Below, piece by piece: positions 26,442 through 35,173 of a DNA stretch of 46,956 nt; the stretch's first letter is position 1, and the number at the start of each line of letters is the position of its first letter. This DNA comes from a virus (Duplodnaviria > Caudoviricetes): positions 1 to 46,956 of IMG/VR virus record IMGVR_UViG_3300032250_000235; one strand, 5' to 3'. Made by a program: the position numbers and the translations under genes. A model generated the notes under the pieces. It was not told the origin of the DNA, made no database searches, and saw only the letters and a list, made by a program, of their open reading frames with translations.

Positions 26442-27428
26442 TTACTTCTGACGGTTACGAATCATTGCAAGAATGTCTTGCGCACGACTTGCACCGCCTG
26501 CATCGCCTGCTGGTGCAGGAGCTGCCTCTGCTCGTGGAGCAGGAGTAGTATCGAATGGAGCATCGTCTTCATCTGCTGCTGGAGCAGGAGCGGCTGCACG
26601 GCTTGTGGCCTTGTTAGGATCGCCAGTGGCACTGCCCAAACCTGCTGGCTTGAAATATTGTCCCCAACGCTCTAGGTCATATGCTTCACCGTCAACTGAC
26701 GCTTCAAACATTTCTTTCATTACCTTGAGTTCAACATCAGTGGGCTTCTTAGGTAGGAAGTCACTTAGGTTATGCAACTGATGTGATTCCAAAGCTGCCT
26801 TCTCAAGATCACTCAATGCTCTTTCACGACGGCTCCACTTTGATGTAGAGTAGTCAGCAAAACCGCCCTTGCTAGTTTTAGCAATACGGAAGTCAACACC
26901 ACGCATGTAATCAGTTGGCAATTCTTCCAACTCTGGATCCATTAGTGCTGAACGGATGATTTGATAGATTTGAGGACCGATGATGAATCTACGGATTGGA
27001 TTTTCCGGAGTCTTTTCTTCACGGATAGGATCTTCAACAACAAAGCCTTGGAAAATGTATGAACGCTTTTTCCAATACTTACGACCCATTTCTTCAAGGG
27101 CTTTATCCTTGAACCAACCACGAACTTCTGAAAGGATCGGGCAAGCTGTACCGTCGTTATACATTTCAACGCAAGGAACTTGCACTTGAACTGGACGACT
27201 GTCTGTTTCACCTTTGATACCTGCAAACGGCAATTTGATCATTGCTCGTTCTACCCAGAAAAATGTGTTGTTGGGATTACCGTCTGGTAACAAGCGAATT
27301 ACTGCTTCCTTACCTTCTTGCATATTCCAATGTGGGTAAATTGCGTTGTCTCCACCGCCGGTGGATTGTCCTGTGGACTTTGATTGTGCTTCTGCGAGTT
27401 TAGCACGGATTTCTGCGAGAGTTGCCAT
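26442..27428 (-). CDS. gp32: Single-stranded DNA-binding protein (T4 gp32-like)
   Basis: AVIRLLP, C..CPI, YWKKRSY, DFRIAKTSKGGFADYSTSKW and an acidic/Ala-Pro tail; AGGAGG RBS. Confidence 0.9.
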   Translation of the reverse strand: MATLAEIRAKLAEAQSKSTGQSTGGGDNAIYPHWNMQEGKEAVIRLLPDGNPNNTFFWVERAMIKLPFAGIKGETDSRPVQVQVPCVEMYNDGTACPILSEVRGWFKDKALEEMGRKYWKKRSYIFQGFVVEDPIREEKTPENPIRRFIIGPQIYQIIRSALMDPELEELPTDYMRGVDFRIAKTSKGGFADYSTSKWSRRERALSDLEKAALESHQLHNLSDFLPKKPTDVELKVMKEMFEASVDGEAYDLERWGQYFKPAGLGSATGDPNKATSRAAAPAPAADEDDAPFDTTPAPRAEAAPAPAGDAGGASRAQDILAMIRNRQK

Positions 27429-27433
27429 TTTAA

Positions 27434-27514
27434 ATGCCTCCTATGTTATGCCTAAAATGTTTTATATGCCTTATGCACATGTTTTATTATGCGCTTTTTA
27501 TTTAGCAAGGTCAA
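27434..27514 (-). promoter_or_regulatory. gp32 promoter and repeated leader
   Basis: TTGACC-N17-CATAAT (27514-27486) with a nested TAAATA; the leader carries three AGGCAT repeats. Confidence 0.6.
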
Positions 27515-27565
27515 TGATTTTCTGTTTATTTTTGATTTTATTTTGCCAATAAAAAAGCCCAGGGC

Positions 27566-27937
27566 TCAACCATGGACTTCTTTATATTTTTCCAGTGCCA
27601 GTGCTCTTATTTGAGCAAGTCTCTCTGTAATGTGTGTAGGTAATTCACTATCATCATCTAAATCATAGACATATGATTCTTTGATAACCTCCGGACGACG
27701 ATAGGCAACATGCCCATCAATCTCATCTGCACCATCGTCGTCGGAGTCATTTACCTCTAACGGCTTACTTTGATGCTGGCTTAGCAGCTGGAGCTGCTGC
27801 CTTTTCGTCCTTGACAGGAGTACTTTTTGCAGGCTTTTTCTCTTCCTTCTTAACTGCTGGTGCAGTAGTAGCTGCTGGTGCAGTTGCAGCTGGAGCAGCT
27901 GGTTTAACTTCTTCTTTCTTAGCAGGTGCTTGTGCAA
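27566..27937 (-). CDS. Hypothetical protein with uncertain start (C-terminal ~65 aa look coding)
   Basis: Acidic segment followed by ERLAQIRALALEKYKEVHG; its 5' part overlaps the 73-aa ORF in the +1 frame. Confidence 0.45.
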   Translation of the reverse strand: MHKHLLRKKKLNQLLQLQLHQQLLLHQQLRRKRKSLQKVLLSRTKRQQLQLLSQHQSKPLEVNDSDDDGADEIDGHVAYRRPEVIKESYVYDLDDDSELPTHITERLAQIRALALEKYKEVHG

Positions 27938-27986
27938 ATGCTGATACTGCGAACACTGTTGCTAGGATTGCGATTGCGTTTTTCAT
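27765..27986 (-). CDS. Small secreted Ala/Pro/Lys-rich protein
   Basis: Sec signal peptide MKNAIAILATVFAVSAFA-Q; low-complexity mature part; AAGGA RBS. Confidence 0.8.
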   Translation of the reverse strand: MKNAIAILATVFAVSAFAQAPAKKEEVKPAAPAATAPAATTAPAVKKEEKKPAKSTPVKDEKAAAPAAKPASK

Positions 27987-28003
27987 TTTAAGTTCCTTTA
28001 TGG

Positions 28004-28183
28004 TTAATGAAATATGCCTAAAGTTTTAACATCTGTTTTGCGGCATGGCCCACTTCGCCTTTCATCACAGTTTGAATATCTCCAATCATATGATGTAGGT
28101 AACATTGGTGATGGCTGTGGTTCGCGATCGTTTTTATCCGATTTCAAATCACTATAGCAGTCTAGATGTTTTTCTTCTTGCAT
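28004..28183 (-). CDS. Possible 59-aa ORF (MQEEKHLDCYSD...LGIFH)
   Basis: Manual translation; fills the gap, but could instead be a 5' UTR. Confidence 0.35.
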   Translation of the reverse strand: MQEEKHLDCYSDLKSDKNDREPQPSPMLPTSYDWRYSNCDERRSGPCRKTDVKTLGIFH

Positions 28184-28231
28184 ACTATAATAACGCGGTA
28201 GCCTGCAGGTTCGTTGACAGGTGATTTAACC

Positions 28232-28255
28232 AAAAAGAAAGGACCCGAAGGTCCT
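28232..28255 (-). terminator. Rho-independent terminator
   Basis: AGGACC-TTCG-GGTCCT followed by TTCTTTTT. Confidence 0.8.
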
Positions 28256-28271
28256 ATGGTAGTGTAATATA

Positions 28272-28430
28272 TTACTTAGATAGATTTGCCTGCTTTTCCG
28301 CTTCAATTTTAGCGGCTTGAGTTTCGGCACGCTGTTTTGCGGCTGCTATCGCTTGTTCTTGGATAGCTTTTTGTGCTTCTTGTTGCTTAATAATAGCGGC
28401 ATGAGCAGCTTGCTCTTCTGGTGTTGACAT
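28272..28430 (-). CDS. 52-aa Ala/Gln/Lys-rich helical protein (MSTPEEQAAHAAIIKQQEAQK...)
   Basis: Below the ORF-track cut-off; has an AAGGA RBS, an upstream ATAAATA (28469-28475) and a downstream terminator. Confidence 0.7.
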   Translation of the reverse strand: MSTPEEQAAHAAIIKQQEAQKAIQEQAIAAAKQRAETQAAKIEAEKQANLSK

Positions 28431-28484
28431 GGTATTTCCTTTAAGTTGATGAGATGTTGCCCTCTAAGTATTTATTTTTGGATC

Positions 28485-28508
28485 AAAAGAAAGGACACCT
28501 AAGTGCCC
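28485..28508 (-). terminator. Rho-independent terminator
   Basis: GGGCAC-TTAG-GTGTCC followed by TTTCTTTT, after the 28552 gene. Confidence 0.7.
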
Positions 28509-28551
28509 AATCTAATAGAGTGCTTAATCAACTCTAACTGCGACGAAACTT

Positions 28552-30315
28552 TTAATAGCCTGCAAGTTCTCTAATACGAGCAAGTTCTGCAATCTGTGGA
28601 TCTTGTTGTTGTGGAGCCATTCTTTCTACCATTTTGCGAGCAACTTGTTCAGCTTGTTCACCGAACTTTTTACCTACCATAGTACATACACCTTCTGGGC
28701 CTTTAGGAAATGTTCTAGATGGTTGATCATAGAAACTGTGGATAAACTCCGCCAATTCTTGAATGTTCATACTTTGTGGCTTTTGGCTTTCTTGATCTTG
28801 GCTTTCTTGCGGAACTGGTTCTTCTGCTGGAACTTCTTCTGCTGGTGCTTCTGGCGCTGTTTCTTCACCCCCTTGGTCAGTCGCCGGCGCTTCACCTTCT
28901 GGCTCCGCTGTTGCGTTTGGATCAAAATCTCCAAAATCTAATTGCTCTAATACTTCTGGTGCATATAGGCTCAACCACTGTTGTACTAGCCCTCTTGCAT
29001 CCATCTCGGGATCTTGTGCTGCCTGTGTCTGAATTTGTTTTTCTAATTGAGGATCTTCAATAATGCCTTTTAAGCTTTCAATAGCATTAGAACCATCTAC
29101 TCCGATTGGAAATGCCTGAGCTACTAATTCTTGTAGTGCTTGAACTGCGGTTGCCTGTTCTTCTGGCTCTTGACTTTGTATAGGACTATCTTCTCCTAGG
29201 CCCATAACCCATGATTCAAAGCGATCAAACTCGTTGTCATTCTCTTCAAGATCAAAATCTTCTGTGGTTGGTTGTTCAGTGTTTGTCATCGCGACTATGT
29301 CGTCATAGCCTAATTCGCTTTCCTTCATCAGTCTGTACAGAACTGGAAATACACTCTTAATGTCTTCTTTAAAATTCTTAACTGTAAATTTTTCAGTGTA
29401 ATCTTCTACTACTTCTTGTGGTACTTCTAGTGCAGCCTGAGGTTGGAATGTTTCTTTGTAGACTTCGTAGTGACTTTGTTTAGCCAGTCTAGCTAATTGC
29501 TCACGCATCATGTTTAACTGTTGTTGACTACGCTCAACAACATCGTTGGTTTCAAAATTCATTAAGTCGTTGCGCACAACATAATTATTGAAGCTTTTTA
29601 ATTGAGCAATTTGTTCGCTCATGTTGATAATACTTTTGCCTATGTCGTCGTAAGGTACACCGCCGTTGGCCACATGTCGTTGCATTGCACGGGCACCACT
29701 TAGATGTATAAATGGATATTTGAATCTTTCGCCGTCTTGATTTTCCACGAACAGCGCACTAATGTTTCTACTTCTTGCACCAGGTTGCATGTCGTCTGCT
29801 AATGCTTGACTGTGTTTGATAATCAAACGGGTATCCATTAACTTCTGATAGCTCATTGTCTTGCTACCATATAGTTGGCTTTCACTCATAATACTTTCTC
29901 CAACAGGTTGTATCACTGTATTTGGTTGTTGTTTTGGTTGATTGTGTTGCGTTAAAAATTCGTAGTCTCTGCGATCTAGATTGTCTTTGGCAATATCTCT
30001 GGTGTCAAAGCTCATTAATCTGCGTTTAGCAAATACTCTTAATTCTTTTAAGAACCCGTACCAGTTGTCTTTCTGTAAAGGGTCCATGCTTTCTGTGATG
30101 CCTGTGCTGAAATAAACTTTAATAGAATTCTGTTCTGCAAGACTGATACTAACATGTCCTACTGGCGTTTCGCCTTCCATATAGTCAAAATCAAAGAATC
30201 GTGCTTCTTCTGGATTGATGGTAATAGCACCCAATTCATTGCCTAGTTTTAGGCCTTTGAAGCGGCTGCGAATTTTATAAAATAAATCAGTGGCAATATT
30301 GTTTGTTGCGTCCAT
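28552..30315 (-). CDS. Large acidic late protein of unknown function (possible head/scaffold-associated)
   Basis: Start at ATG 30315, 5 nt after ATAAATA (track gives 30330); acidic Pro-rich linker; ends ELARIRELAGY; follows the terminase. Confidence 0.8.
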   Translation of the reverse strand: MDATNNIATDLFYKIRSRFKGLKLGNELGAITINPEEARFFDFDYMEGETPVGHVSISLAEQNSIKVYFSTGITESMDPLQKDNWYGFLKELRVFAKRRLMSFDTRDIAKDNLDRRDYEFLTQHNQPKQQPNTVIQPVGESIMSESQLYGSKTMSYQKLMDTRLIIKHSQALADDMQPGARSRNISALFVENQDGERFKYPFIHLSGARAMQRHVANGGVPYDDIGKSIINMSEQIAQLKSFNNYVVRNDLMNFETNDVVERSQQQLNMMREQLARLAKQSHYEVYKETFQPQAALEVPQEVVEDYTEKFTVKNFKEDIKSVFPVLYRLMKESELGYDDIVAMTNTEQPTTEDFDLEENDNEFDRFESWVMGLGEDSPIQSQEPEEQATAVQALQELVAQAFPIGVDGSNAIESLKGIIEDPQLEKQIQTQAAQDPEMDARGLVQQWLSLYAPEVLEQLDFGDFDPNATAEPEGEAPATDQGGEETAPEAPAEEVPAEEPVPQESQDQESQKPQSMNIQELAEFIHSFYDQPSRTFPKGPEGVCTMVGKKFGEQAEQVARKMVERMAPQQQDPQIAELARIRELAGY

Positions 30316-30326
30316 AGTTATATTTA

Positions 30327-31913
30327 TCAAAAACCGCTAGACACAAAGATAGGCATGGGCATTTGATCTTCAGTGATTTTTTCTGTTAGTTTGTCGTATA
30401 TCTGCGGATCCCAGTCTGCTAGCACACTGGCCATGCGGATAACTAATAACACTCCGCTAATTAAGTCGTCGTGTTCGCCTGTTTTAGCGTTAAATCCTAC
30501 GCCAGTTGCCACAAAGGTCTTGAGTTCAGAAACCAACGGCTTGCTGTAGATCTTCATCTTTTGTGTTTCTAACATATTCTTGAGTTGACTACAAGCTGTA
30601 ATCTTTGTACGATGTGTGGTGTTAAATCCTTTACGGAACTTGCGCACATGTCCTTTTCTAATAGGCTCACTTAGGAATAGTCCTGGAAAGTTTTCTTCAC
30701 CAATGTCACGGATAACAATAAGAGCAGCTTCTCCAAGGGTGTTGTTTTCTACACTGTAATATAGTTGTGGTTGACCGCCTTTTTCCATACCGCGTTCTTG
30801 GATATATCTTAAAATCTCTCGCATCACTTTTACTTGACTCTGTATAGGAGTTAAGTTGTGACGCCACTCTGCTACCTGTTCCATAGTAGGCATTTCAAAA
30901 ACCTGTATAGCACCGTAGTCTCCACCTGTACCTAAACTAGGGTCGTGCGCCACTAGATAAGTTGCCTGCGGATTGATATCTTTATACCAACGAGTTTGCC
31001 CCATAGTCATTAACGGGTCAACGCCTTTCATTTCGGCGAGTCGCACTGCGTTGATCAGCGTTTCATCAAAAATCAAGAATTCACAATCAAACTCTCGACG
31101 GAAACGCTCATCACCAATTTTGGCTCTTTCAGTCTGTGCCCACTTTTCGTCGCGATCAGGATGTTCATTCCAATGTGCAAAGAAGCTGTGAAAGCCGTTA
31201 GTACCTAATGCTTGCTCATTACCAAACTCATCAAAACGCTTCTGTGCTTCAGTCCAAATAAGAGCAAACTGATCTTCGTCTGAGTTTGGTGTTGATGTAA
31301 TAATACACTTACCGCCTGTTGACAATGTTGGACTTAACGCAGTCCAGAACTCTTTGGCTTTCTCTGGAGGTTGTACAAACGCAAACTCATCACAATAGAT
31401 TAATGAAAGAGATTTACCACGACCAGTGTTTTCTGTAGTTGTCACTGCTTGTATACGAGCACCGTTATCGTATTCGATTGTGTTTCTGTTATAGGAATAA
31501 ACACCGGCACGGATAAAGTCTGGTAAGTTCTCATAACCAAATCGATAACGATTCATAATATCTTGCGCACCTTCATACTTGTGCGCTGCAATTAGAACTT
31601 GTGCTTCTGGCACGAACATGGTATACCATAACAAGTATGCACAAGCACATGTGGTCTTGCCCATCTGACGAGGCAACATGGCAATGCATTGTTTGTTATT
31701 ATGATAAGCGTCGATTAATCTTTCTTGATATTCGTAGGGCTCAAATGGAATCGAGCCTCTAGTAGGATGCTGAATCTTTAAGAAGTTTTTAGCAAAGTAG
31801 ATAGGGCCTGTAACTGGATCCATGCAGGCTTCTAGGTGCTTTACTTCCTCTAATGTATATCGTTGAGGAGCATGAGCCTTCTTAATTAAATTACCGTCTA
31901 GTGATTTTGCCAT
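30327..31913 (-). CDS. gp17: Terminase large subunit (T4 gp17-like)
   Basis: PYEYQ, PRQMGKT (Walker A), IYCDEFAF (Walker B), ITSTPN, nuclease DPSLG, ENN and HDDL. Confidence 0.95.
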   Translation of the reverse strand: MAKSLDGNLIKKAHAPQRYTLEEVKHLEACMDPVTGPIYFAKNFLKIQHPTRGSIPFEPYEYQERLIDAYHNNKQCIAMLPRQMGKTTCACAYLLWYTMFVPEAQVLIAAHKYEGAQDIMNRYRFGYENLPDFIRAGVYSYNRNTIEYDNGARIQAVTTTENTGRGKSLSLIYCDEFAFVQPPEKAKEFWTALSPTLSTGGKCIITSTPNSDEDQFALIWTEAQKRFDEFGNEQALGTNGFHSFFAHWNEHPDRDEKWAQTERAKIGDERFRREFDCEFLIFDETLINAVRLAEMKGVDPLMTMGQTRWYKDINPQATYLVAHDPSLGTGGDYGAIQVFEMPTMEQVAEWRHNLTPIQSQVKVMREILRYIQERGMEKGGQPQLYYSVENNTLGEAALIVIRDIGEENFPGLFLSEPIRKGHVRKFRKGFNTTHRTKITACSQLKNMLETQKMKIYSKPLVSELKTFVATGVGFNAKTGEHDDLISGVLLVIRMASVLADWDPQIYDKLTEKITEDQMPMPIFVSSGF

Positions 31914-31927
31914 ATTGTTATTTACTG

Positions 31928-31955
31928 AAAAAAATAGGCTCCGAAGAGCCTATTT
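31928..31955 (-). terminator. Rho-independent terminator
   Basis: AAATAGGCTC-TTCG-GAGCCTATTT plus T-run. Confidence 0.85.
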
Positions 31956-31971
31956 GATTATTTTTAATTAA

Positions 31972-32412
31972 TTAAGCAAAGGTTAAACCAGTTAACGCTA
32001 CTTCAGTAATTGTAACATCGTCTTCTGCCGTGCCTAACGCTGCACGAACAGCATCTTCAAGATTTTCGTAAGACCCGTTCATGTTTGTTGAAGCACCGTA
32101 GCCGTCGCCAGAATCTTCACAATGAACTAGTGCCACAAACTGATTGGCTCCAGATGCTGTCGGTATTCCAACATAGTACACTTCTGCACGACTTTGAAGT
32201 CCAGTAACTGCCTTAGACATATTGCTGTTGGCAATTGTAGGAGTTGTGGTAAAGTTAATGGTTGCCGATACAATCTTTAGTGCTACTAGGGTAGGAGTAC
32301 CAAAACTTGTGTACGGGCCAACACCTGCTGTGCCATCACCTAATAATTTTCTTGCATTGGCATCAACGTTTACTGATGTGCCTGCTGCTGCTACGCCGTA
32401 TAAATCTGCCAT
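31972..32412 (-). CDS. Putative virion structural protein (Ala/Gly/Thr-rich)
   Basis: 146 aa, GGAG RBS, last gene of a late operon before a strong terminator. Confidence 0.6.
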   Translation of the reverse strand: MADLYGVAAAGTSVNVDANARKLLGDGTAGVGPYTSFGTPTLVALKIVSATINFTTTPTIANSNMSKAVTGLQSRAEVYYVGIPTASGANQFVALVHCEDSGDGYGASTNMNGSYENLEDAVRAALGTAEDDVTITEVALTGLTFA

Positions 32413-33284
32413 TATTTTGCTCCTTTAGCTTCTGCTAATCTTTGTTGTAGTTCTGAACGAATGCTAGCACGAAGAGCATCTCTACTTTCGTATGCACCTG
32501 TAGCCATTGGATTATCACCGCGATATGGTTTATCACTAAAACTCTTCTTAGGTTTGTTCATTCCACCTGCAAGTTTGTTGACCATGTAGTCAATGTCCTT
32601 GTATTCTGTATCGGCACTGCCCTCAACGGAATTACCGTAAGCTTCGTCTTTCTTTTTTTCTTCTTCTGGCTCTGGCTCTTCGCCTTCTGGACCTTCGTGT
32701 TCTGCGCTGCCGTCTGGTCCAGGACCTTCTTTCTCAGCTTTGTGATCGTCCATGTCGTGATCACCATCACCATCGATGTCGCCCATTGCTTTGGTTACAT
32801 CATCACGATCTAAGTCGCCCATCGGAGGCATATTGTCTGCATCCATGTCGCTTGGACCGCCCATGTTATCTGCATCAGGCTCTGAGTGTGGTTCATCCTT
32901 ATCTAAGTCTGGTAACATTTTTAACGGGCCTTTATCTAAATTACCCAAGTCTCCAATGCTAGAAATGCTAGGTCCTGGCGGTGTTAACAAAGGCATTCCC
33001 ATTGGTTCAATTTCAATAGCCTTGGGCATTGGTTGATTGATCATGTCTGGATTGACTTTAGTCATCAACTTCATTAGACTTTCAATATTGTCCATGCCCT
33101 GTGCATTTAAGTTAACACTCATTGAAGGATGTGCTGGTGGAGGAGGCATTTGATTGCTCATTCCCATCGGTGATTGTCCCATCATAGGATCACCGCATTC
33201 CTCAACCGGTGTTGATTGTTGTACTTGTGCCTGTGCTGGTTGATCCAACTCACGCATTCTCGCCATTAACTGATTAAAATCCAT
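32412..33284 (-). CDS. Acidic, Pro/Met-rich, largely disordered late protein
   Basis: 290 aa low-complexity; DIDGDGDHDMDDH motif; amphipathic helices at both ends. Confidence 0.75.
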   Translation of the reverse strand: MDFNQLMARMRELDQPAQAQVQQSTPVEECGDPMMGQSPMGMSNQMPPPPAHPSMSVNLNAQGMDNIESLMKLMTKVNPDMINQPMPKAIEIEPMGMPLLTPPGPSISSIGDLGNLDKGPLKMLPDLDKDEPHSEPDADNMGGPSDMDADNMPPMGDLDRDDVTKAMGDIDGDGDHDMDDHKAEKEGPGPDGSAEHEGPEGEEPEPEEEKKKDEAYGNSVEGSADTEYKDIDYMVNKLAGGMNKPKKSFSDKPYRGDNPMATGAYESRDALRASIRSELQQRLAEAKGAK

Positions 33285-33850
33285 TATTTACTCCCCATGG
33301 CGCTTTTTAGGCCGGCCTTGTCTGTTTTAGCCTTGGGCAGTTTATACTCTGTCGGCCCGTCTTGATCTTTTTTGCGTTGCTTTGCTGATTTTTCTAAATC
33401 TTTTAAGAAACCACGATTGAAGTCATCTCCAAAATAATCTTTACCTTTGATTTTAGGATCACCGATATTTGAATCTGTTAGTAAAACATCTTTAACTTCC
33501 TCGAGATCTGCAAACACTTGATCAGTTTCGCTTGGTTCATCACTACCTCTAACACGGAAACTGTTTTCTGCTAGTCCTAGACTTTTAAGATCATTTGCAA
33601 TCTCGGGGCTAGTAATTGGGTATTCACAAATAACTTCAAAGATATGAACTTCGCAGTTCTTCATTGAAGGAAAGTCCAAAGGCAAAGACTGTATTGGAGT
33701 TGTACTGATCTTTTCTAATTTAAGAACTTTGCATCTTTCTAATGCTGTTTTTAGATTTTCTTGAAAAGACTCTGGCACATCGCCGGCTACTTTTACCTTA
33801 AAGTCATAGACTTTTTTGCTTTCGGTAAGATATTCTTTTAGAGTTTTCAT
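33284..33850 (-). CDS. Hypothetical late protein
   Basis: MKTLKEYLTES N-terminus; ATAAATA-N5-ATG. Confidence 0.8.
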   Translation of the reverse strand: MKTLKEYLTESKKVYDFKVKVAGDVPESFQENLKTALERCKVLKLEKISTTPIQSLPLDFPSMKNCEVHIFEVICEYPITSPEIANDLKSLGLAENSFRVRGSDEPSETDQVFADLEEVKDVLLTDSNIGDPKIKGKDYFGDDFNRGFLKDLEKSAKQRKKDQDGPTEYKLPKAKTDKAGLKSAMGSK

Positions 33851-33858
33851 ACGAGTAT

Positions 33859-34350
33859 TTATGCTTTTCCGCCCAGTTTCTTGATCATCTCATTACGGTC
33901 CAAAAGTACATATCCTGCACCGTTGATAACATCATTTGGGTCTTCATTGTTATCTTTGTCAATTTTGTATTTCTTTAATTGCAGATCAACTGCTTTGAGT
34001 TTCTTTTCAACTTTGTTGGTCTTTGCTGTGATTGCATGTCCTAGCATTGAACTAGCTACTTCAAAAATTCTGCTGCTATAACGAACTTCAACATTCATAC
34101 CTAGATCCATTAGCTCATCATAGGCTTTTTCAGCCTTGTTGGCTAGATCATCAAGTTCTGCATCGCCGAGATCATTTAGTTCGTTGATTGCTGGCAAACT
34201 TTGCGTAATGCGCTCAACCTCAGCATAGCTTTCGTCAACGCTACGCACAGGTGTATGATCTTTTATCGGTGGTTCTACAGCCAGCTCTACTTCTGGAACA
34301 GGTTGAGCTTGTTCGTTTAGATTAAATAATTCTTCAAGTTTTTTAGTCAT
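33859..34350 (-). CDS. Terminase small subunit (T4 gp16-like)
   Basis: Helical core with RIFEVASSML (compare the gp16 'R.fEV.a.l' pattern) and C-terminal DRNEMIKKL; late context. Confidence 0.6.
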   Translation of the reverse strand: MTKKLEELFNLNEQAQPVPEVELAVEPPIKDHTPVRSVDESYAEVERITQSLPAINELNDLGDAELDDLANKAEKAYDELMDLGMNVEVRYSSRIFEVASSMLGHAITAKTNKVEKKLKAVDLQLKKYKIDKDNNEDPNDVINGAGYVLLDRNEMIKKLGGKA

Positions 34351-34358
34351 ATCAGTAC

Positions 34359-34796
34359 TTATCGACGACTGCCGCCTTGATGGAAAATATCACCTTCATT
34401 AACTACTCTAAATTTCAAACCTTGTTGTTTGCACCATGCCCTAGCAGCTTCCCATTTGGCCATGTTCTTTACATACTGCTCTTGATTGTAGCGACTCTTG
34501 CCTACTTTTTCTAGTACGGTTTGACTCTCTGGTTTTACTTCAACGACTTCGGCGTGTTTACCGCCAGTTTTATCGTTATAGACAATAAAGAAATCAGGAA
34601 CATATATTGTATACTTGCCGGTAAAAGGATCACGATAAGGAATCTGTATACTTTCACTGGCCCATTTTTCAACACCTTGGTGTTCATCTAGCATACGCAT
34701 GAATACAAATTCCCAACTGCTGCGAGCCAACGGAATCTTTTTCCCTACATACTTTTCGGGATTCTTCATTTCAAATCGGCCTTGGGCAAATTTCAT
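34359..34796 (-). CDS. gp4: Head completion nuclease (T4 gp4 / TnsA-like)
   Basis: GRFEMKNPEKYVG, RSSWE, WASE..IPY, YVPDF, EVKP and KWEAA..WC. Confidence 0.88.
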   Translation of the reverse strand: MKFAQGRFEMKNPEKYVGKKIPLARSSWEFVFMRMLDEHQGVEKWASESIQIPYRDPFTGKYTIYVPDFFIVYNDKTGGKHAEVVEVKPESQTVLEKVGKSRYNQEQYVKNMAKWEAARAWCKQQGLKFRVVNEGDIFHQGGSRR

Positions 34797-34798
34797 AC

Positions 34799-35170
34799 TT
34801 AGGCCGCAATATTGCGAGTCTTAAACTGATCGTCGGAATTAGCTGCTTTATATCCCAATGCACTTGAACTGGGCCTGTTGTTGTTTAAAATTTCTGCAAC
34901 CAAGGCGCTGAGTTTGATTCCGTCCATTACTTTTAGTTGATCTATTAATTGGAACACAGGCATATTTTCAAACTTGGCCTGTCTAAGAACAACTGCGGCA
35001 GTAATTTCCGCAGCATCTCGATCAAAGCCATTAGCTATAAAAAACCCAATGGCTGCTTCTACATCGTTGGCTGCAAACTCTAAAGGACTTTGGCCGTACT
35101 CGTCAAAGAACAATTTAGTTTTAGCTGCACTGTCTGTTCCGGATTCAACTGGTGGTAAATTTGTTCTCAT
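34799..35170 (-). CDS. Hypothetical (baseplate/tail-associated?) protein
   Basis: 123-aa ORF in the tail operon. Confidence 0.7.
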   Translation of the reverse strand: MRTNLPPVESGTDSAAKTKLFFDEYGQSPLEFAANDVEAAIGFFIANGFDRDAAEITAAVVLRQAKFENMPVFQLIDQLKVMDGIKLSALVAEILNNNRPSSSALGYKAANSDDQFKTRNIAA

Positions 35171-35173
35171 GTA

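Noticed and set aside
27655-27750. Third-frame 30-aa ORF (MTPTTMVQMRLMG...) after GAGG
   Set aside because: SD-to-ATG spacing is only 3 nt and the peptide looks like shadow sequence of the acidic frame.
27780-27935. GCT/GCA-rich quasi-repeats
   Set aside because: Explained by Ala/Pro codons of the low-complexity secreted peptide; not an independent DNA repeat.
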